Sequence record: DRR723986_9346
Strand: one strand, 5' to 3'
Length of the DNA: 64,000 bases
Under the pieces are notes generated by a model, which did no database searches, was not told the origin of the DNA, and saw only the letters and a program-made list of their open reading frames with translations. Every line of letters begins with the position of its first letter. Positions within the stretch are counted from its first letter, which is position 1. Made by a program: the position numbers and the translations under genes. Below are positions 29,665 to 40,622 of this stretch, piece by piece.

Positions 29665-30903
29665 ATGATTACAAAACAACATATAATAGACCGATTTATA
29701 AGCTATATCACGATAGATACTGAATCTGATCCTAATTCTGAAACAACTCCAAGTACAGTAAAGCAATGGGATTTAGCCAATAAACTTGCTGAAGAATTAA
29801 AGGCCATTGGTTTAAGTGATGTTAGTATTGATGAGAACGCCTATATAATGGCAACACTACCGAGTAATGTAGACCATAAAGTCCCTACCATTGGTTTTAT
29901 ATCACATTTTGATACATCACCAGACTTTACAGGAGCAAATGTGAACCCTCAAATTATTGAAAATTATGATGGCAAGGACATTGTACTCAATGAAGCACAA
30001 AACATCATATTGTCGCCAGATTATTTTGATGATTTATTACAATACAAGGGCCAAACCTTAATTACCACAGATGGTACTACACTCTTAGGCGCAGATGATA
30101 AAGCAGGAATTACAGAAATAGTATCCGCTATGGAATATCTGATAAATCACCCAGAAATAAAGCATGGAGACATACGAGTAGGATTTACACCAGATGAAGA
30201 AATTGGTCGTGGAGCGCACAAATTTGATGTAGTAAAGTTTGGAGCAGATTGGGCTTATACTATTGATGGCAGCCAGATAGGAGAACTAGAATACGAAAAT
30301 TTTAACGCAGCAGGCGCTACTATAAAAGTAAAAGGAAAAATAGTGCATCCAGGTTATGCTAAGGGAAAAATGATTAATTCAATGTACTATGCGACTGAAT
30401 TTATTAATGCCCTACCAAGGCTAGAAACACCAGAACATACAGAAGGTTATGACGGCTTTTTTCATTTACATAGCTTAGAAGGAAAAGTTGAAGAAACTAT
30501 ATTAAAATACATTATTAGAGACCACGATAAGGATAAGTTTGAAGCTCGTAAGGCTTTAATGCAAAAAATTGTCGTTGACCTTAACACCAAGCTAGAAGCT
30601 GAAGTTTTCGAGATTGAGTTAAAGGATCAATACTTTAACATGAAAGAAAAAGTAGAACCTGTGATGCATATAGTAGATATTGCCGAAGAAGCTATGAAAT
30701 CTCTTGGTATTACTCCTCTTATAAAACCCATTAGAGGTGGCACTGATGGCTCTCAATTATCGTATATGGGTTTACCATGTCCTAATATTTTTGCAGGTGG
30801 CCATAATTTTCATGGACGCTACGAATATGTACCTGTAGAGAGCATGCAAAAAGCCGTAGAGGTAATTTGTAAAATCGCTGAATTGACGGCAATAAAGAAA
30901 TAA
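29665..30903 (+). CDS. pepT: Peptidase T
   Basis: [39 protein letters not shown]. Confidence 0.96.
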   Translation: MITKQHIIDRFISYITIDTESDPNSETTPSTVKQWDLANKLAEELKAIGLSDVSIDENAYIMATLPSNVDHKVPTIGFISHFDTSPDFTGANVNPQIIENYDGKDIVLNEAQNIILSPDYFDDLLQYKGQTLITTDGTTLLGADDKAGITEIVSAMEYLINHPEIKHGDIRVGFTPDEEIGRGAHKFDVVKFGADWAYTIDGSQIGELEYENFNAAGATIKVKGKIVHPGYAKGKMINSMYYATEFINALPRLETPEHTEGYDGFFHLHSLEGKVEETILKYIIRDHDKDKFEARKALMQKIVVDLNTKLEAEVFEIELKDQYFNMKEKVEPVMHIVDIAEEAMKSLGITPLIKPIRGGTDGSQLSYMGLPCPNIFAGGHNFHGRYEYVPVESMQKAVEVICKIAELTAIKK

Positions 30904-30943
30904 ACCAATTACATCTGTTTAGCTAATAATAAACGAGATTTCA

Positions 30944-31543
30944 ATGAAAAAAATACAATCAGTAGAAGAATACATTGAAAATAATCAGCATTACGCTGAT
31001 GAACTCAACCTATTACGAAATCTAATTAATAGCACCGAACTAGAAGAAACCGTTAAATGGAACGCACCTTTGTATGCGTTAAATGGCAAAAATGTAGTTG
31101 GGTTAGGAGCCTTTAAACATCATTTTGGTATCTGGTTTTTTAATGGTGTTTTCTTAACAGACAAAGACAATTTTTTAATTAATGCTCAAGAGAATAAAAC
31201 CAAAGCGCTTCGACAAATGCGTTTTAAAACTATGGCAGATATTAATGAATCTGCGGTTATAGCTTATGTTAAAGAAGCTATTGAAAATCAAAAATTAGGT
31301 AGGGAGATTAAACCTCAACGGACTTCAAAGTCCGTTGTTATTCCGGATGAGTTAAAAACGGTGTTTTTTGCAAAGAAAGAGTTACATATCGCATTTAATG
31401 CATTAACTCCTGGTAAACAACGTGAATATTGCCAACACATCGCTGAAGCCAAACGTGAGGCTACTAAGCTGTCTCGTATTGAAAAAATCACTCCTATGAT
31501 CTTAAAAGGTGTTGGTCTAAATGATAAATATAAAAACTGCTAA
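30944..31543 (+). CDS. YdeI/OmpD-associated (DUF1801) family protein
   Basis: EETVKWNAP, FFNGVFL, FNALTPGKQREY..IAEAKREATK. Confidence 0.85.
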   Translation: MKKIQSVEEYIENNQHYADELNLLRNLINSTELEETVKWNAPLYALNGKNVVGLGAFKHHFGIWFFNGVFLTDKDNFLINAQENKTKALRQMRFKTMADINESAVIAYVKEAIENQKLGREIKPQRTSKSVVIPDELKTVFFAKKELHIAFNALTPGKQREYCQHIAEAKREATKLSRIEKITPMILKGVGLNDKYKNC

Positions 31544-31545
31544 AT

Positions 31546-31575
31546 AAAAAAGCCATTCTTCTCAGAATGGCTTTT
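31546..31575. terminator. Bidirectional terminator
   Basis: AAAAGCCATTCT-tctc-AGAATGGCTTTT. Confidence 0.85.
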
Positions 31576-31597
31576 CTTATTATATCGACCTAACAAC

Positions 31598-31888
31598 TTA
31601 TTTTGCAGTTGCTGGTGCATTTAGTTTTCTACTCATTTCCATAGAAATTGCAGAACGGTCAAATTTAATTTTTCCAGCCATAGCTTCTATAACACAGCTG
31701 TTGTCCTTATCATTTAACTCTACAACTTTACCATGCATTCCGCTTTTAGTGATTACTCTATCACCACGCTTTAACTCACTGGCAAACTTTTTTTCTTGCT
31801 TAGCACGTTTCATTTGTGGTGCAATCATAAAGAAATACATCACAGCGAAAATGGCAATAAATGGTAAAAATGATCCTAATCCTTCCAT
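31598..31888 (-). CDS. yajC: Preprotein translocase subunit YajC
   Basis: MYFFMIAPQMKR, LKRGDRVITKSGMHGKV. Confidence 0.95.
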   Translation of the reverse strand: MEGLGSFLPFIAIFAVMYFFMIAPQMKRAKQEKKFASELKRGDRVITKSGMHGKVVELNDKDNSCVIEAMAGKIKFDRSAISMEMSRKLNAPATAK

Positions 31889-31899
31889 TTAATTACTGA

Positions 31900-32478
31900 T
31901 TAGTTGTGGTTATGACCTTCATGACCTGGTTGAGTCGAAGTCTTCACTACAGAATTACTATTAGAAGAAACTGGTGTAATAGAAGCACTACCTGCTTTTT
32001 GAACTGGCTTAGCAGTTTTAGCTGAAGCGTTTGGATCCTTTTCTACAAAAGCAGTAATTTTTACTGATTCAGAACCCTTTTCTGTATTAGTAGTCATTGT
32101 AATAGACTTGGATACCTTGTTACCGTTTCCTTTTCCATTAAATTTTACAGTAAACTCACCTGTTTGTCCTGGAGCAACTTCTTTTGTCCAGTTAGATGGC
32201 ACTGTACAACCACAAGTACTTTTTATATTACTCACAACTAACATTGATTTACCTGTGTTAGTGTACTTAAATACAGTTTCAACTGGTGTACCGTTTTCGA
32301 TTGAACCGAAATCGTGCTCAGTTTTATCAAATGCTATTACTGGGAATTCACCAGCGTTTGCATCTCTTTCTGCTGCTACTGCAACATTTTCAGATTTAAT
32401 TTTACTAGTAGCATCATCTTTACAAGAAGTGAAGGCTACCATGCATAATGCGCTAAGTCCTAAGATTGCTTTTTTCAT
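31900..32478 (-). CDS. DUF1573 lipoprotein
   Basis: Lipobox FTSC-KDD, HDFGSI, FKYTNTG, STCGCT; nusB-DUF1573-yajC arrangement. Confidence 0.88.
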   Translation of the reverse strand: MKKAILGLSALCMVAFTSCKDDATSKIKSENVAVAAERDANAGEFPVIAFDKTEHDFGSIENGTPVETVFKYTNTGKSMLVVSNIKSTCGCTVPSNWTKEVAPGQTGEFTVKFNGKGNGNKVSKSITMTTNTEKGSESVKITAFVEKDPNASAKTAKPVQKAGSASITPVSSNSNSVVKTSTQPGHEGHNHN

Positions 32479-32611
32479 TACTATATTTTTATTATTTGTT
32501 ACTAAATTGATTCAGCTGGCAAAGGTAGTAATATTTTCAATCAATTAAAATTTTTGGGCTGTTGTTAACAGATAATCAGATGAAACACCTATTTCGTTAA
32601 CAAATTCGCAC

Positions 32612-33556
32612 TTAAAGTAGTCCTATACCCGCTTTAAGATGCTTATTTTCACTTTGATACTCTTTAACTATTCTATCTAAAATACCATTGATGAACAAGC
32701 TACTTTTTGGTGTTGAATATTCTTTAGCTATTTCTAGATACTCATTTATAGTTACTTTTTGAGGAATTGAAGGGAACTTTTGAAACTCACAAAGTGCCAT
32801 TTTTAATAATACACCATCTAAACTCGCCAAACGATCAGAATCCCAATTTGTAGTTTTAGCTGCAATCTCCTTTGAGAAGACTGAATTGTTTAATAATGTC
32901 CTTTTGAAAAGATCTTTAGCAAACTCAATATCAGACTCATCTTTATATAATTCTGGCAATACAGCTGTTTCAGGTGAGGTTAGCTTTAATTTTCTCAATA
33001 TCTTGAGTAATGCCGTATTTACAACAGGTAAATCATCTATCCAAGTCAATTTTTTGTCTTCAATATAATCATAAAGCTTGTCGTTTGGCGCTATGATTTC
33101 AGAATATATATCCAGAACAAATTGTTTGTCTGTTTTAAATGAAGATTCGGGTGAGTTAATGTATTTTTCGTATACATCGCTTTTTAAAATCTCTTTAAAT
33201 AAGATGTCTACATATTCAAAATCTAAATCCCAGAAATTTAACTTTCGCTTTGTAATTCGTTCTTCAAGCATTTGATTACTTCTAAGAAGTTCTAAAAGCT
33301 GATTGTCCTGTAATTTTGTACTTTGATTCTTATCAGAGTCGGTAGCTAACAGTCGCTTTTGCAACTTAGTGTTGTAATCTATACTCTTATTTTGCAACTC
33401 AATAAGCAGCGCTAAAATTGATAAATATAAGTCGTATATGCTATCTAAACTGTGACTTAAAAACTTTTCGTCTTTTGTAAGATCATCACTTTCTGTTCCT
33501 TTAAAAGCATACAAGGTTTGCATAACTTTTATTCTGATGTGTCTACGGTTTAGCAT
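32612..33556 (-). CDS. nusB: Transcription antitermination factor NusB (long Bacteroidota form)
   Basis: MLNRRHIRIKVMQ, NWDSDRL, KVTINEYLEIAKEYSTPKS, FINGILD. Confidence 0.93.
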   Translation of the reverse strand: MLNRRHIRIKVMQTLYAFKGTESDDLTKDEKFLSHSLDSIYDLYLSILALLIELQNKSIDYNTKLQKRLLATDSDKNQSTKLQDNQLLELLRSNQMLEERITKRKLNFWDLDFEYVDILFKEILKSDVYEKYINSPESSFKTDKQFVLDIYSEIIAPNDKLYDYIEDKKLTWIDDLPVVNTALLKILRKLKLTSPETAVLPELYKDESDIEFAKDLFKRTLLNNSVFSKEIAAKTTNWDSDRLASLDGVLLKMALCEFQKFPSIPQKVTINEYLEIAKEYSTPKSSLFINGILDRIVKEYQSENKHLKAGIGLL

Positions 33557-33586
33557 GTTTAAAGAACTAACTTAATTTAGATTATT

Positions 33587-33617
33587 AAAAAAAGGTGAAC
33601 CCTTAATGATTCACCTT
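33587..33617 (-). terminator. Terminator-like hairpin between leucine dehydrogenase and nusB
   Basis: Minus strand AAGGTGAA-tcattaaggg-TTCACCTT-TTTTT. Confidence 0.65.
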
Positions 33618-33649
33618 GCAAAAATACTATTATTTAAATCGTAAAAAAA

Positions 33650-34753
33650 TTATTTAGAATTTTCTCTCTTACGAGTTTCAATACGTTCTCTAGCTATGTT
33701 TAATGCTGCGTTGTGAGTCGTTAAATTATTCACTTTAGCATTATCCAAAATTTCTAATGTTGTATTGTAAATGTTTTCTGTTTTACGCATAATTTCTTGC
33801 CTATCATAGTCTTCTAACTCTGCATAAACATTGATAATACCACCTGCATTGATTAAAAAATCAGGTGCATAGACTATACCTCTTTCTTGTAAAATTCTAC
33901 CATGCTTATTTTCTTCAGCTAACTGATTATTAGCTGCACCAGCAACTATCTTAGCTTTTAACTTGTATATGGTATCGTCATTTACAGTTGCACCAAGTGC
34001 ACATGGTGCATATATGTCCATGTCTTCACTGTAGATATCATTTCCGCCATAGATAGTTACTCCATATTTAGAACGAACTTCTTCCAACCTGTCTTGGCTA
34101 ATATCAGAAATGGTCACATTTGCACCTTCATTTACCAAATGCTCAACTAGTGCCTCTCCCACGTTTCCTATTCCTTGAACAAAAACATTTTTATCTTCTA
34201 AAATTTCAGATCCATACTGAAACTTTGCTGCCGCTTTCATTCCCATAAACACACCATAAGCAGTAATAGGAGAAGGATTGCCAGCACCACCTTTACTTTC
34301 TGAAATACCTGTTACATATGGAGTTACTTCTCTAACGGTATCCATATCCTCAGTAGCCATACCTACATCTTCTGCGGTAATATAACGTCCGCTTAAAGAA
34401 TGAACAAACTCACCAAAACGTCTCATTAATTCTGGAGTTTTTTGAGTTTTTGCATCACCAATAATTACAGCTTTTCCACCGCCAAGATTTAATCCCGTGA
34501 TAGCAGACTTAAAAGTCATACCACGTGATAAACGTAGTACATCATTTAAAGCTTCCCATTCGTTATTATACTGCCACATTCTAGTACCACCCAAGGCTGG
34601 TCCTAAAACTGTATTATGGATACCTATTATAGCTTTTAAACCAGTATCTTTGTCGTTGCAAAAAACTATTTGCTCGTGATCGTCAAAAGAGTGTTGTCCA
34701 AAAACAGGATCCATTTTTGAAAGCTCACTAGAGCTTATAACATTTGAAGTCAT
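33650..34753 (-). CDS. Leucine dehydrogenase (Glu/Leu/Phe/Val family)
   Basis: GPALGGTR, LSRGMTFK, GGGKAVI, ITAEDVG, PCALG, GAANNQL, PDFLINAGG. Confidence 0.92.
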   Translation of the reverse strand: MTSNVISSSELSKMDPVFGQHSFDDHEQIVFCNDKDTGLKAIIGIHNTVLGPALGGTRMWQYNNEWEALNDVLRLSRGMTFKSAITGLNLGGGKAVIIGDAKTQKTPELMRRFGEFVHSLSGRYITAEDVGMATEDMDTVREVTPYVTGISESKGGAGNPSPITAYGVFMGMKAAAKFQYGSEILEDKNVFVQGIGNVGEALVEHLVNEGANVTISDISQDRLEEVRSKYGVTIYGGNDIYSEDMDIYAPCALGATVNDDTIYKLKAKIVAGAANNQLAEENKHGRILQERGIVYAPDFLINAGGIINVYAELEDYDRQEIMRKTENIYNTTLEILDNAKVNNLTTHNAALNIARERIETRKRENSK

Positions 34754-34885
34754 ATAAAGTTTCGATTTAGGCTGTTTGAAGAGTATCTAAAAACAGCTTA
34801 CAAAAATAAATTATAATTGGAGGATTAGCAAAATATTAACTATAAAATAGGATTATCGCAATATTTTTGACTGACCAAAACCACT

Positions 34886-36643
34886 ATGAAGGCATTAAGA
34901 CATTTAAATAAATATTTTTACAAGTACAGATATCGGTTAATCATTGGTGTTATTATTACTATAGTCGCTAAGATATTTGCACTTTTTACCCCAAGACTAA
35001 TAGGTGCTTCTATTAATGTAGTATCGGATAGGTTAGATGGTAAAATAACTGATGCTGTTTTTAGAAGTGAATTAATGATCAATATTCTTTACCTCATAGG
35101 TGCAGCTGTGGTTGCAGGTCTATTTACTTTCTTGATGCGTCAGACAATCATTAATGTTTCACGATATATAGAATACGATTTAAAAAATGAAATATACCAG
35201 CACTATCAAGTGCTTTCACTAAATTTTTATAAGTCTAACAGAACAGGTGACTTAATGAACCGTATCAGTGAAGATGTTGGTAAAGTGCGCATGTATGTTG
35301 GTCCTGCGCTGATGTATACTATAAACACGATTACTCTTTTTACAGTTGCAATAATTTATATGGTTAATGCAGCTCATAAACTAACTTTGTACACATTATT
35401 GCCTTTACCTATTTTGTCTGTGGCTATTTATAAATTAAGTCGACTTATAAATAAACGAAGTACAATTGTACAACAATCCTTATCGACCTTATCTACGTAT
35501 ACACAAGAGACATTTAGTGGTATTTCTGTGATTAAATCTTATGGCATAGAACCAAGAACTAATAATGAGTTTGAAGGACTCTCATCAGAGAACAGACAAA
35601 AACAGATTAATTTAACCAAAGTACAGGCGCTATTCTTTCCTTTAATGATTCTACTCATAGGAATTAGTAATCTTATTGTTATCTACATTGGTGGTATGCA
35701 ATATATGAATGGTGAAATTGAAAATATTGGTACAATTGCCGAGTTTATTATTTATGTAAATATGCTTACTTGGCCAGTAGCAACTGTTGGATGGGTTACA
35801 TCTTTAGTACAACAAGCTGAAGCCTCCCAAGAACGAATTAATGAATTTTTAAAAACAGAACCAGATATTCAAAATAACACCAATAAACTTACACCAGTAA
35901 AAGGTGATATAGAATTTAAAAATGTTTCATTTACTTATCCTGATACTAATATTCAGGCCCTAAAAGACGTTAATTTCAAACTTAAATCTGGAGAAACACT
36001 TGCTATTCTTGGTAAAACAGGTTCTGGTAAATCTACTATTCTAGACTTAATTGGACGTTTGTACGATATCGACCAAGGCAATGTCCTAGTTGATAATAAA
36101 ATGATTTCAGAACTGAATCTGTACAGTTTAAGAGAAAGTATTGGCTATGTACCACAAGATGCGTTCTTATTCTCTGATACAATTAAGAACAATATTAAGT
36201 TTGGTAAAGAAGACGCTACAGACGAAGAAGTTATTGAAGCCGCTAAAAATGCGAGAGTACATAAAAACATTATTGGGTTTAATAAAGGTTATGACACTGT
36301 TTTAGGCGAGCGTGGAATTACACTTTCGGGCGGTCAGAAACAACGTGTTTCTATTGCCAGAGCCATCATTAAAAAACCAGACATTCTTTTATTTGACGAC
36401 TGCTTATCTGCTGTAGATACTGAGACTGAAGAGAAAATCCTTAAAAATATGGTGAAGCTTACCAAAGATAAAACGACTATTATAGTGAGTCACAGAGTAT
36501 CATCTGCAAAAAATGCAGATCAAATTTTAGTCTTAGAGGATGGTAAAGTTATTCAGACCGGAACACACGAAACTCTCATCAATACAGACGGTTACTACAA
36601 AGAACTTTACACTAAACAGCTCTCTGAAAAAGAAATGTTATAA
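34886..36643 (+). CDS. ABC exporter, fused permease/ATP-binding
   Basis: TM domain, GKTGSGKST, LSGGQKQR, LLFDD, SHR. Confidence 0.95.
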   Translation: MKALRHLNKYFYKYRYRLIIGVIITIVAKIFALFTPRLIGASINVVSDRLDGKITDAVFRSELMINILYLIGAAVVAGLFTFLMRQTIINVSRYIEYDLKNEIYQHYQVLSLNFYKSNRTGDLMNRISEDVGKVRMYVGPALMYTINTITLFTVAIIYMVNAAHKLTLYTLLPLPILSVAIYKLSRLINKRSTIVQQSLSTLSTYTQETFSGISVIKSYGIEPRTNNEFEGLSSENRQKQINLTKVQALFFPLMILLIGISNLIVIYIGGMQYMNGEIENIGTIAEFIIYVNMLTWPVATVGWVTSLVQQAEASQERINEFLKTEPDIQNNTNKLTPVKGDIEFKNVSFTYPDTNIQALKDVNFKLKSGETLAILGKTGSGKSTILDLIGRLYDIDQGNVLVDNKMISELNLYSLRESIGYVPQDAFLFSDTIKNNIKFGKEDATDEEVIEAAKNARVHKNIIGFNKGYDTVLGERGITLSGGQKQRVSIARAIIKKPDILLFDDCLSAVDTETEEKILKNMVKLTKDKTTIIVSHRVSSAKNADQILVLEDGKVIQTGTHETLINTDGYYKELYTKQLSEKEML

Positions 36644-36705
36644 TTTGTTGGTTACTTTACTTTTTTTTTAGATTTTTGGATTGAATTAAAAATTTAAAAT
36701 TAGCT

Positions 36706-37095
36706 ATGAGCGATTATGAAATGATGGACAAAGAAGAAATATATTCAAAAGTATTACGTGCTGGAAGAAGAACTTATTTCTTTGATGTTAGAGCTACCAA
36801 AGCAGGTGATTATTATCTAACTATAACAGAGAGTAAAAAATTCACCAATGACGATGGTTCTTTTCATTACAAAAAACATAAAATCTATTTGTACAAAGAA
36901 GACTTCTCAGAATTTAAAGAGATTTTAGCAGAAATGACAGACTACATTATCACTGAAAAGGGTGAAGAAGTAATTAGTGAGCGTCATCAAAAAGATTTTA
37001 AACGCGAAGATGATTTCGTGAAAGAGGAAGCTAAAACTCCAGAAGACACAAATAACACTGATAGTTTTACAGATATTAGCTTTGATGATATTTAA
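36706..37095 (+). CDS. PUR-family (Pur-alpha-like, DUF3276) nucleic-acid-binding protein
   Basis: SKVLRAGRRTYFFDVR, YYLTITESKK, KHKIYLYKEDF. Confidence 0.88.
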   Translation: MSDYEMMDKEEIYSKVLRAGRRTYFFDVRATKAGDYYLTITESKKFTNDDGSFHYKKHKIYLYKEDFSEFKEILAEMTDYIITEKGEEVISERHQKDFKREDDFVKEEAKTPEDTNNTDSFTDISFDDI

Positions 37096-37117
37096 ATAAC
37101 TATTGTTAAATTAAAAT

Positions 37118-37149
37118 AAAAAACCACTACCCTTCGTAGTGGTTTTTTT
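37118..37149 (+). terminator. Intrinsic terminator
   Basis: AAAAAACCACTAC-ccttc-GTAGTGGTTTTTT. Confidence 0.85.
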
Positions 37150-37180
37150 ATTTTTAGGCTTTAACCAACGACTAAACTTT

Positions 37181-39691
37181 ATGCAACGTATTGCTCTATT
37201 ATTTTTATTAGCAACTTCTACTTTATTTTCACAAACTCAAACAGACTTGTCTTACTACTTACCACAAGGTATGAAGTATGATTCTAGCATACCAACTCCC
37301 GAAAGTATTATTGGACATGAAGTTGGTGAATGGCATATAACTCACGATAAATTAGTACAGTATATGTATGCATTAGCAGATGCGTCTGATAGAATAACAA
37401 TAGAAGATAGAGGAAAAACCTTTGAAGACAGACCCTTGCTCTTATTAACCATTACATCACCAAAAAATCACGGTAACATAAAAGCTATTCAATCTGCTCA
37501 TATCAGAGCCACAGAAACTAATGATGCTAATTTAGACAATCGTCCCATAGTTGTATATCAAGGTTTTTCTATACACGGAAACGAGCCAAGTGGCTCTAAT
37601 GCTGCATTATTGGTTGCTTATTACTTAGCGGCAGGACAAAGTGCTGAAATTGAAAGTTTGTTAAGTAATACAGTTATACTATTCGATCCTTCTTTTAATC
37701 CAGATGGTCTACAACGATTTGCCTATTGGGCAAATACTAATAGAGGTATGAATTTAAATCCAGATCCAAACGATCGTGAATATAGCGAAGTGTGGCCTGG
37801 AGGTAGAACCAATCATTACTGGTTTGATATGAACAGAGATTGGCTACCTGTACAATTACCAGAATCTAGAGCTCGAATTAATACGTTTCATAATTGGTTA
37901 CCAAATATATTGACGGATCATCATGAAATGGGTACAAATTCAAGTTTCTTCTTTCAACCTGGGATTCCTTCTCGCACACATCCTTTAACACCAAATTTAA
38001 ATCAGGAATTGACAAAAGGCATTGCAACTTATCATGCTAAAGCACTCGATAAAATTGGTTCATTATATTATTCTGAAGAAAGCTTCGATGACTTTTATTA
38101 CGGCAAAGGATCCACCTTTCCTGATATAAATGGTGGAATTGGTGTTTTATTTGAACAAGCGAGTTCTCGTGGACATGTTCAAGAAAGTGATAATGGCATA
38201 CTAACATTTCCGTTTACTATTAGAAATCAATTTACTGCGGCCTTATCTACTCTAGAGGCTGCAAACGGTATGCGAAAAGAGATTTTAGAATATCAACATA
38301 ACTTCTTTAAAAATGCACGTGTCGAAGCAAGTAAAGAAGGGAATAAAGCCATCGTTTTTGGAGATGAAAAAGATGCTGCTAAAACGTATCACTTAGCAGA
38401 GATCTTAAAACGTCATCACATTAAAATTCATGATATCAAAACCGATTTCACAAAAAACGGTAAACGTTTCAAAAAGGACTACAGCTATATTGTACCGAAA
38501 AATCAAAAGAATACAAGATTAATCAATGCAATGTTTGAAAAGCGTACAACATTTCAGGATAGTTTGTTCTATGATATTTCTGCCTGGTCATTTCCATTAG
38601 CGTTTAACCTTGATTATGCAGAAACTACAACTGCAGAGGCTGGTGCTAGTGTTGAAGATATAACACAACGTAATGGTGGTGTAAGTTCTAAAAGTAACTA
38701 TGCCTACTTATTTGAATGGAATGAATATTATTCACCTAAACTTTTAAATCAAATTTTAAAGAATGGATTGAGAGCAAAGGTGAGTATGAAAACTTTTAAA
38801 GCCAATGGTAAAAGCTATGATTATGGTACTATAATGGTACCTGCTAAAAATCAAGATATGTCTAGTGACAGAGTTTATGATTTATTGAACAAATTTGCTA
38901 AAGAAAGTTACATTAACATTGATGCAGTGTCTACAGGATTAAATGATGGTATAGATTTAGGTAGTAATAATTTCAGGTCTTTAGAATTGCCTAAAGTAGC
39001 CCTTTTAGTAGGTGACGGAATGACGTCTTATGATGCAGGAGAAATTTGGCACTTACTAGATACCCGTTATGATATCATTGCAACAAAACTAGATACTAAA
39101 AGTTTTAGAAGAGCAGATTTAAGCCGCTATAATACCATTATAATGGTAAATTCTTATTCTGGGTTAGATGAAAACAATACTAAAAAATTAAAAAGCTGGA
39201 TTAGCGATGGTGGCACACTAGTAGCCTACAGAAATGCTTTGAGATGGTTAAACAGCAAAGAATTAATAAAAATTAATTTTAAAAAGAATAACAGTATTAA
39301 GGCAAAAAACATTAGTTACGAGCAACGTAGTAATTTTAGAGGCGCACAAGTGATTGGTGGTGCTATTTTTGAAGCTAAATTAGACCGTTCGCACCCAATT
39401 AATTTTGGGTACAAAAATGATAAATTAGCAATGTTTAGAAACACTACGCTTTTTATTAATGCAGATAAGAATAGTTATAACAATCCTATTCAGTATTCTA
39501 AAAATCCTTTGTTGAGTGGTTATATTTCTGAAGAAAATCTCGATAGCCTAAGCCTATCTGTACCATTAAAAATTGGAGGTATTGGAAGAGGTAACATCAT
39601 TGCTTTCACTGATAACACTAACTTTAGAGCATTTTGGTATGGCACTAACAAGTTACTAATGAATGCCATCTTCTTTAGAGAAGAAATGTAA
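37181..39691 (+). CDS. M14 zinc carboxypeptidase family protein
   Basis: SIHGNE, NPDG, DMNRDW, DHHEMG; signal peptide from ATG 37181. Confidence 0.9.
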   Translation: MQRIALLFLLATSTLFSQTQTDLSYYLPQGMKYDSSIPTPESIIGHEVGEWHITHDKLVQYMYALADASDRITIEDRGKTFEDRPLLLLTITSPKNHGNIKAIQSAHIRATETNDANLDNRPIVVYQGFSIHGNEPSGSNAALLVAYYLAAGQSAEIESLLSNTVILFDPSFNPDGLQRFAYWANTNRGMNLNPDPNDREYSEVWPGGRTNHYWFDMNRDWLPVQLPESRARINTFHNWLPNILTDHHEMGTNSSFFFQPGIPSRTHPLTPNLNQELTKGIATYHAKALDKIGSLYYSEESFDDFYYGKGSTFPDINGGIGVLFEQASSRGHVQESDNGILTFPFTIRNQFTAALSTLEAANGMRKEILEYQHNFFKNARVEASKEGNKAIVFGDEKDAAKTYHLAEILKRHHIKIHDIKTDFTKNGKRFKKDYSYIVPKNQKNTRLINAMFEKRTTFQDSLFYDISAWSFPLAFNLDYAETTTAEAGASVEDITQRNGGVSSKSNYAYLFEWNEYYSPKLLNQILKNGLRAKVSMKTFKANGKSYDYGTIMVPAKNQDMSSDRVYDLLNKFAKESYINIDAVSTGLNDGIDLGSNNFRSLELPKVALLVGDGMTSYDAGEIWHLLDTRYDIIATKLDTKSFRRADLSRYNTIIMVNSYSGLDENNTKKLKSWISDGGTLVAYRNALRWLNSKELIKINFKKNNSIKAKNISYEQRSNFRGAQVIGGAIFEAKLDRSHPINFGYKNDKLAMFRNTTLFINADKNSYNNPIQYSKNPLLSGYISEENLDSLSLSVPLKIGGIGRGNIIAFTDNTNFRAFWYGTNKLLMNAIFFREEM

Positions 39692-39770
39692 GTAATTACT
39701 TTATTTTTATTCTATTACCTTTTGTAAAAGATTATTGCAATCACTACACAGAAATGTTAATAGAATAGTT

Positions 39771-40241
39771 ATGAGAAATAAATTGCTAATATTCATTTTC
39801 GCCTTAGGACTAGTTACTTTAGCAAGTTGTAGTGTTGAAAACGACAACAACACCAATAGTAATACTTATGACCCAACTGACCCATTAAATGGCGTTTGGA
39901 ATTTAACAAGAGCTGTTTCAGGCTGGAATAGTTATCCAGAAATTGAGGAAGGTTTAGCAACATTTGAATTTGATACTGACAATTCAACCTTTACTATTAC
40001 TAATAATTTAGCAGAAGATTATCCACTTCCAAATTCTGGAGTACATAGTTACGAAATTGTGGCTTTTGAAGAGAATAATTATATAATAATAAGTGGATAT
40101 GATCTCGATTTTAATGATGTTATATATGGACCTAAAATTGAAGGTGATGAAACCAGCTTTTATATAGATTTTGGAAGGCTGGGAAGAATAGATCATTCAA
40201 GATATGTGACTGACGCAGCTATATGGAGTTTCGAAAGATAG
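39771..40241 (+). CDS. Hypothetical lipoprotein
   Basis: Lipobox LASC; LNGVWNL motif suggests a lipocalin-like barrel. Confidence 0.7.
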   Translation: MRNKLLIFIFALGLVTLASCSVENDNNTNSNTYDPTDPLNGVWNLTRAVSGWNSYPEIEEGLATFEFDTDNSTFTITNNLAEDYPLPNSGVHSYEIVAFEENNYIIISGYDLDFNDVIYGPKIEGDETSFYIDFGRLGRIDHSRYVTDAAIWSFER

Positions 40242-40251
40242 TATGATGAAA

Positions 40252-40587
40252 CTATAATACTTGTGTACCGTTCTTAACTTTATTCTCAGGATGTAATAAA
40301 AACACATCGTTCTCTTTTACAGCTCCCACAACCAAACATTCGCTCATAAAATTTGCAATTTGCTTTTTAGGAAAGTTAACCACAGCCACTATCTGACGAT
40401 TCAATAAATTTTCTTTACTGTATTGTGCTGTTATTTGTGCAGACGATTTTCTAACACCTAAATCTCCAAAGTCAATAGTTATTTGGTATGCAGGCTTGTG
40501 TGCATTTGGGAAATCATTAGCTTCAATAATAGTTCCAACGCGTAAATCTACCTTTGTAAAGTCCTCGAATGTTATTATCTTTTCCAT
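40252..40587 (-). CDS. csaA: tRNA-binding protein / chaperone CsaA
   Basis: DFTKVDLRVGTI, SSAQIT, VVNFPKKQIA, SECLV. Confidence 0.9.
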   Translation of the reverse strand: MEKIITFEDFTKVDLRVGTIIEANDFPNAHKPAYQITIDFGDLGVRKSSAQITAQYSKENLLNRQIVAVVNFPKKQIANFMSECLVVGAVKENDVFLLHPENKVKNGTQVL

Positions 40588-40622
40588 TCACTAAAATTAG
40601 TAAATAAAACTTATTTAAAATA

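Noticed and set aside
33650-33672. TTATTTAGAAT Fur half-site
   Set aside because: Only one half matches, and it is the coding end of leucine dehydrogenase
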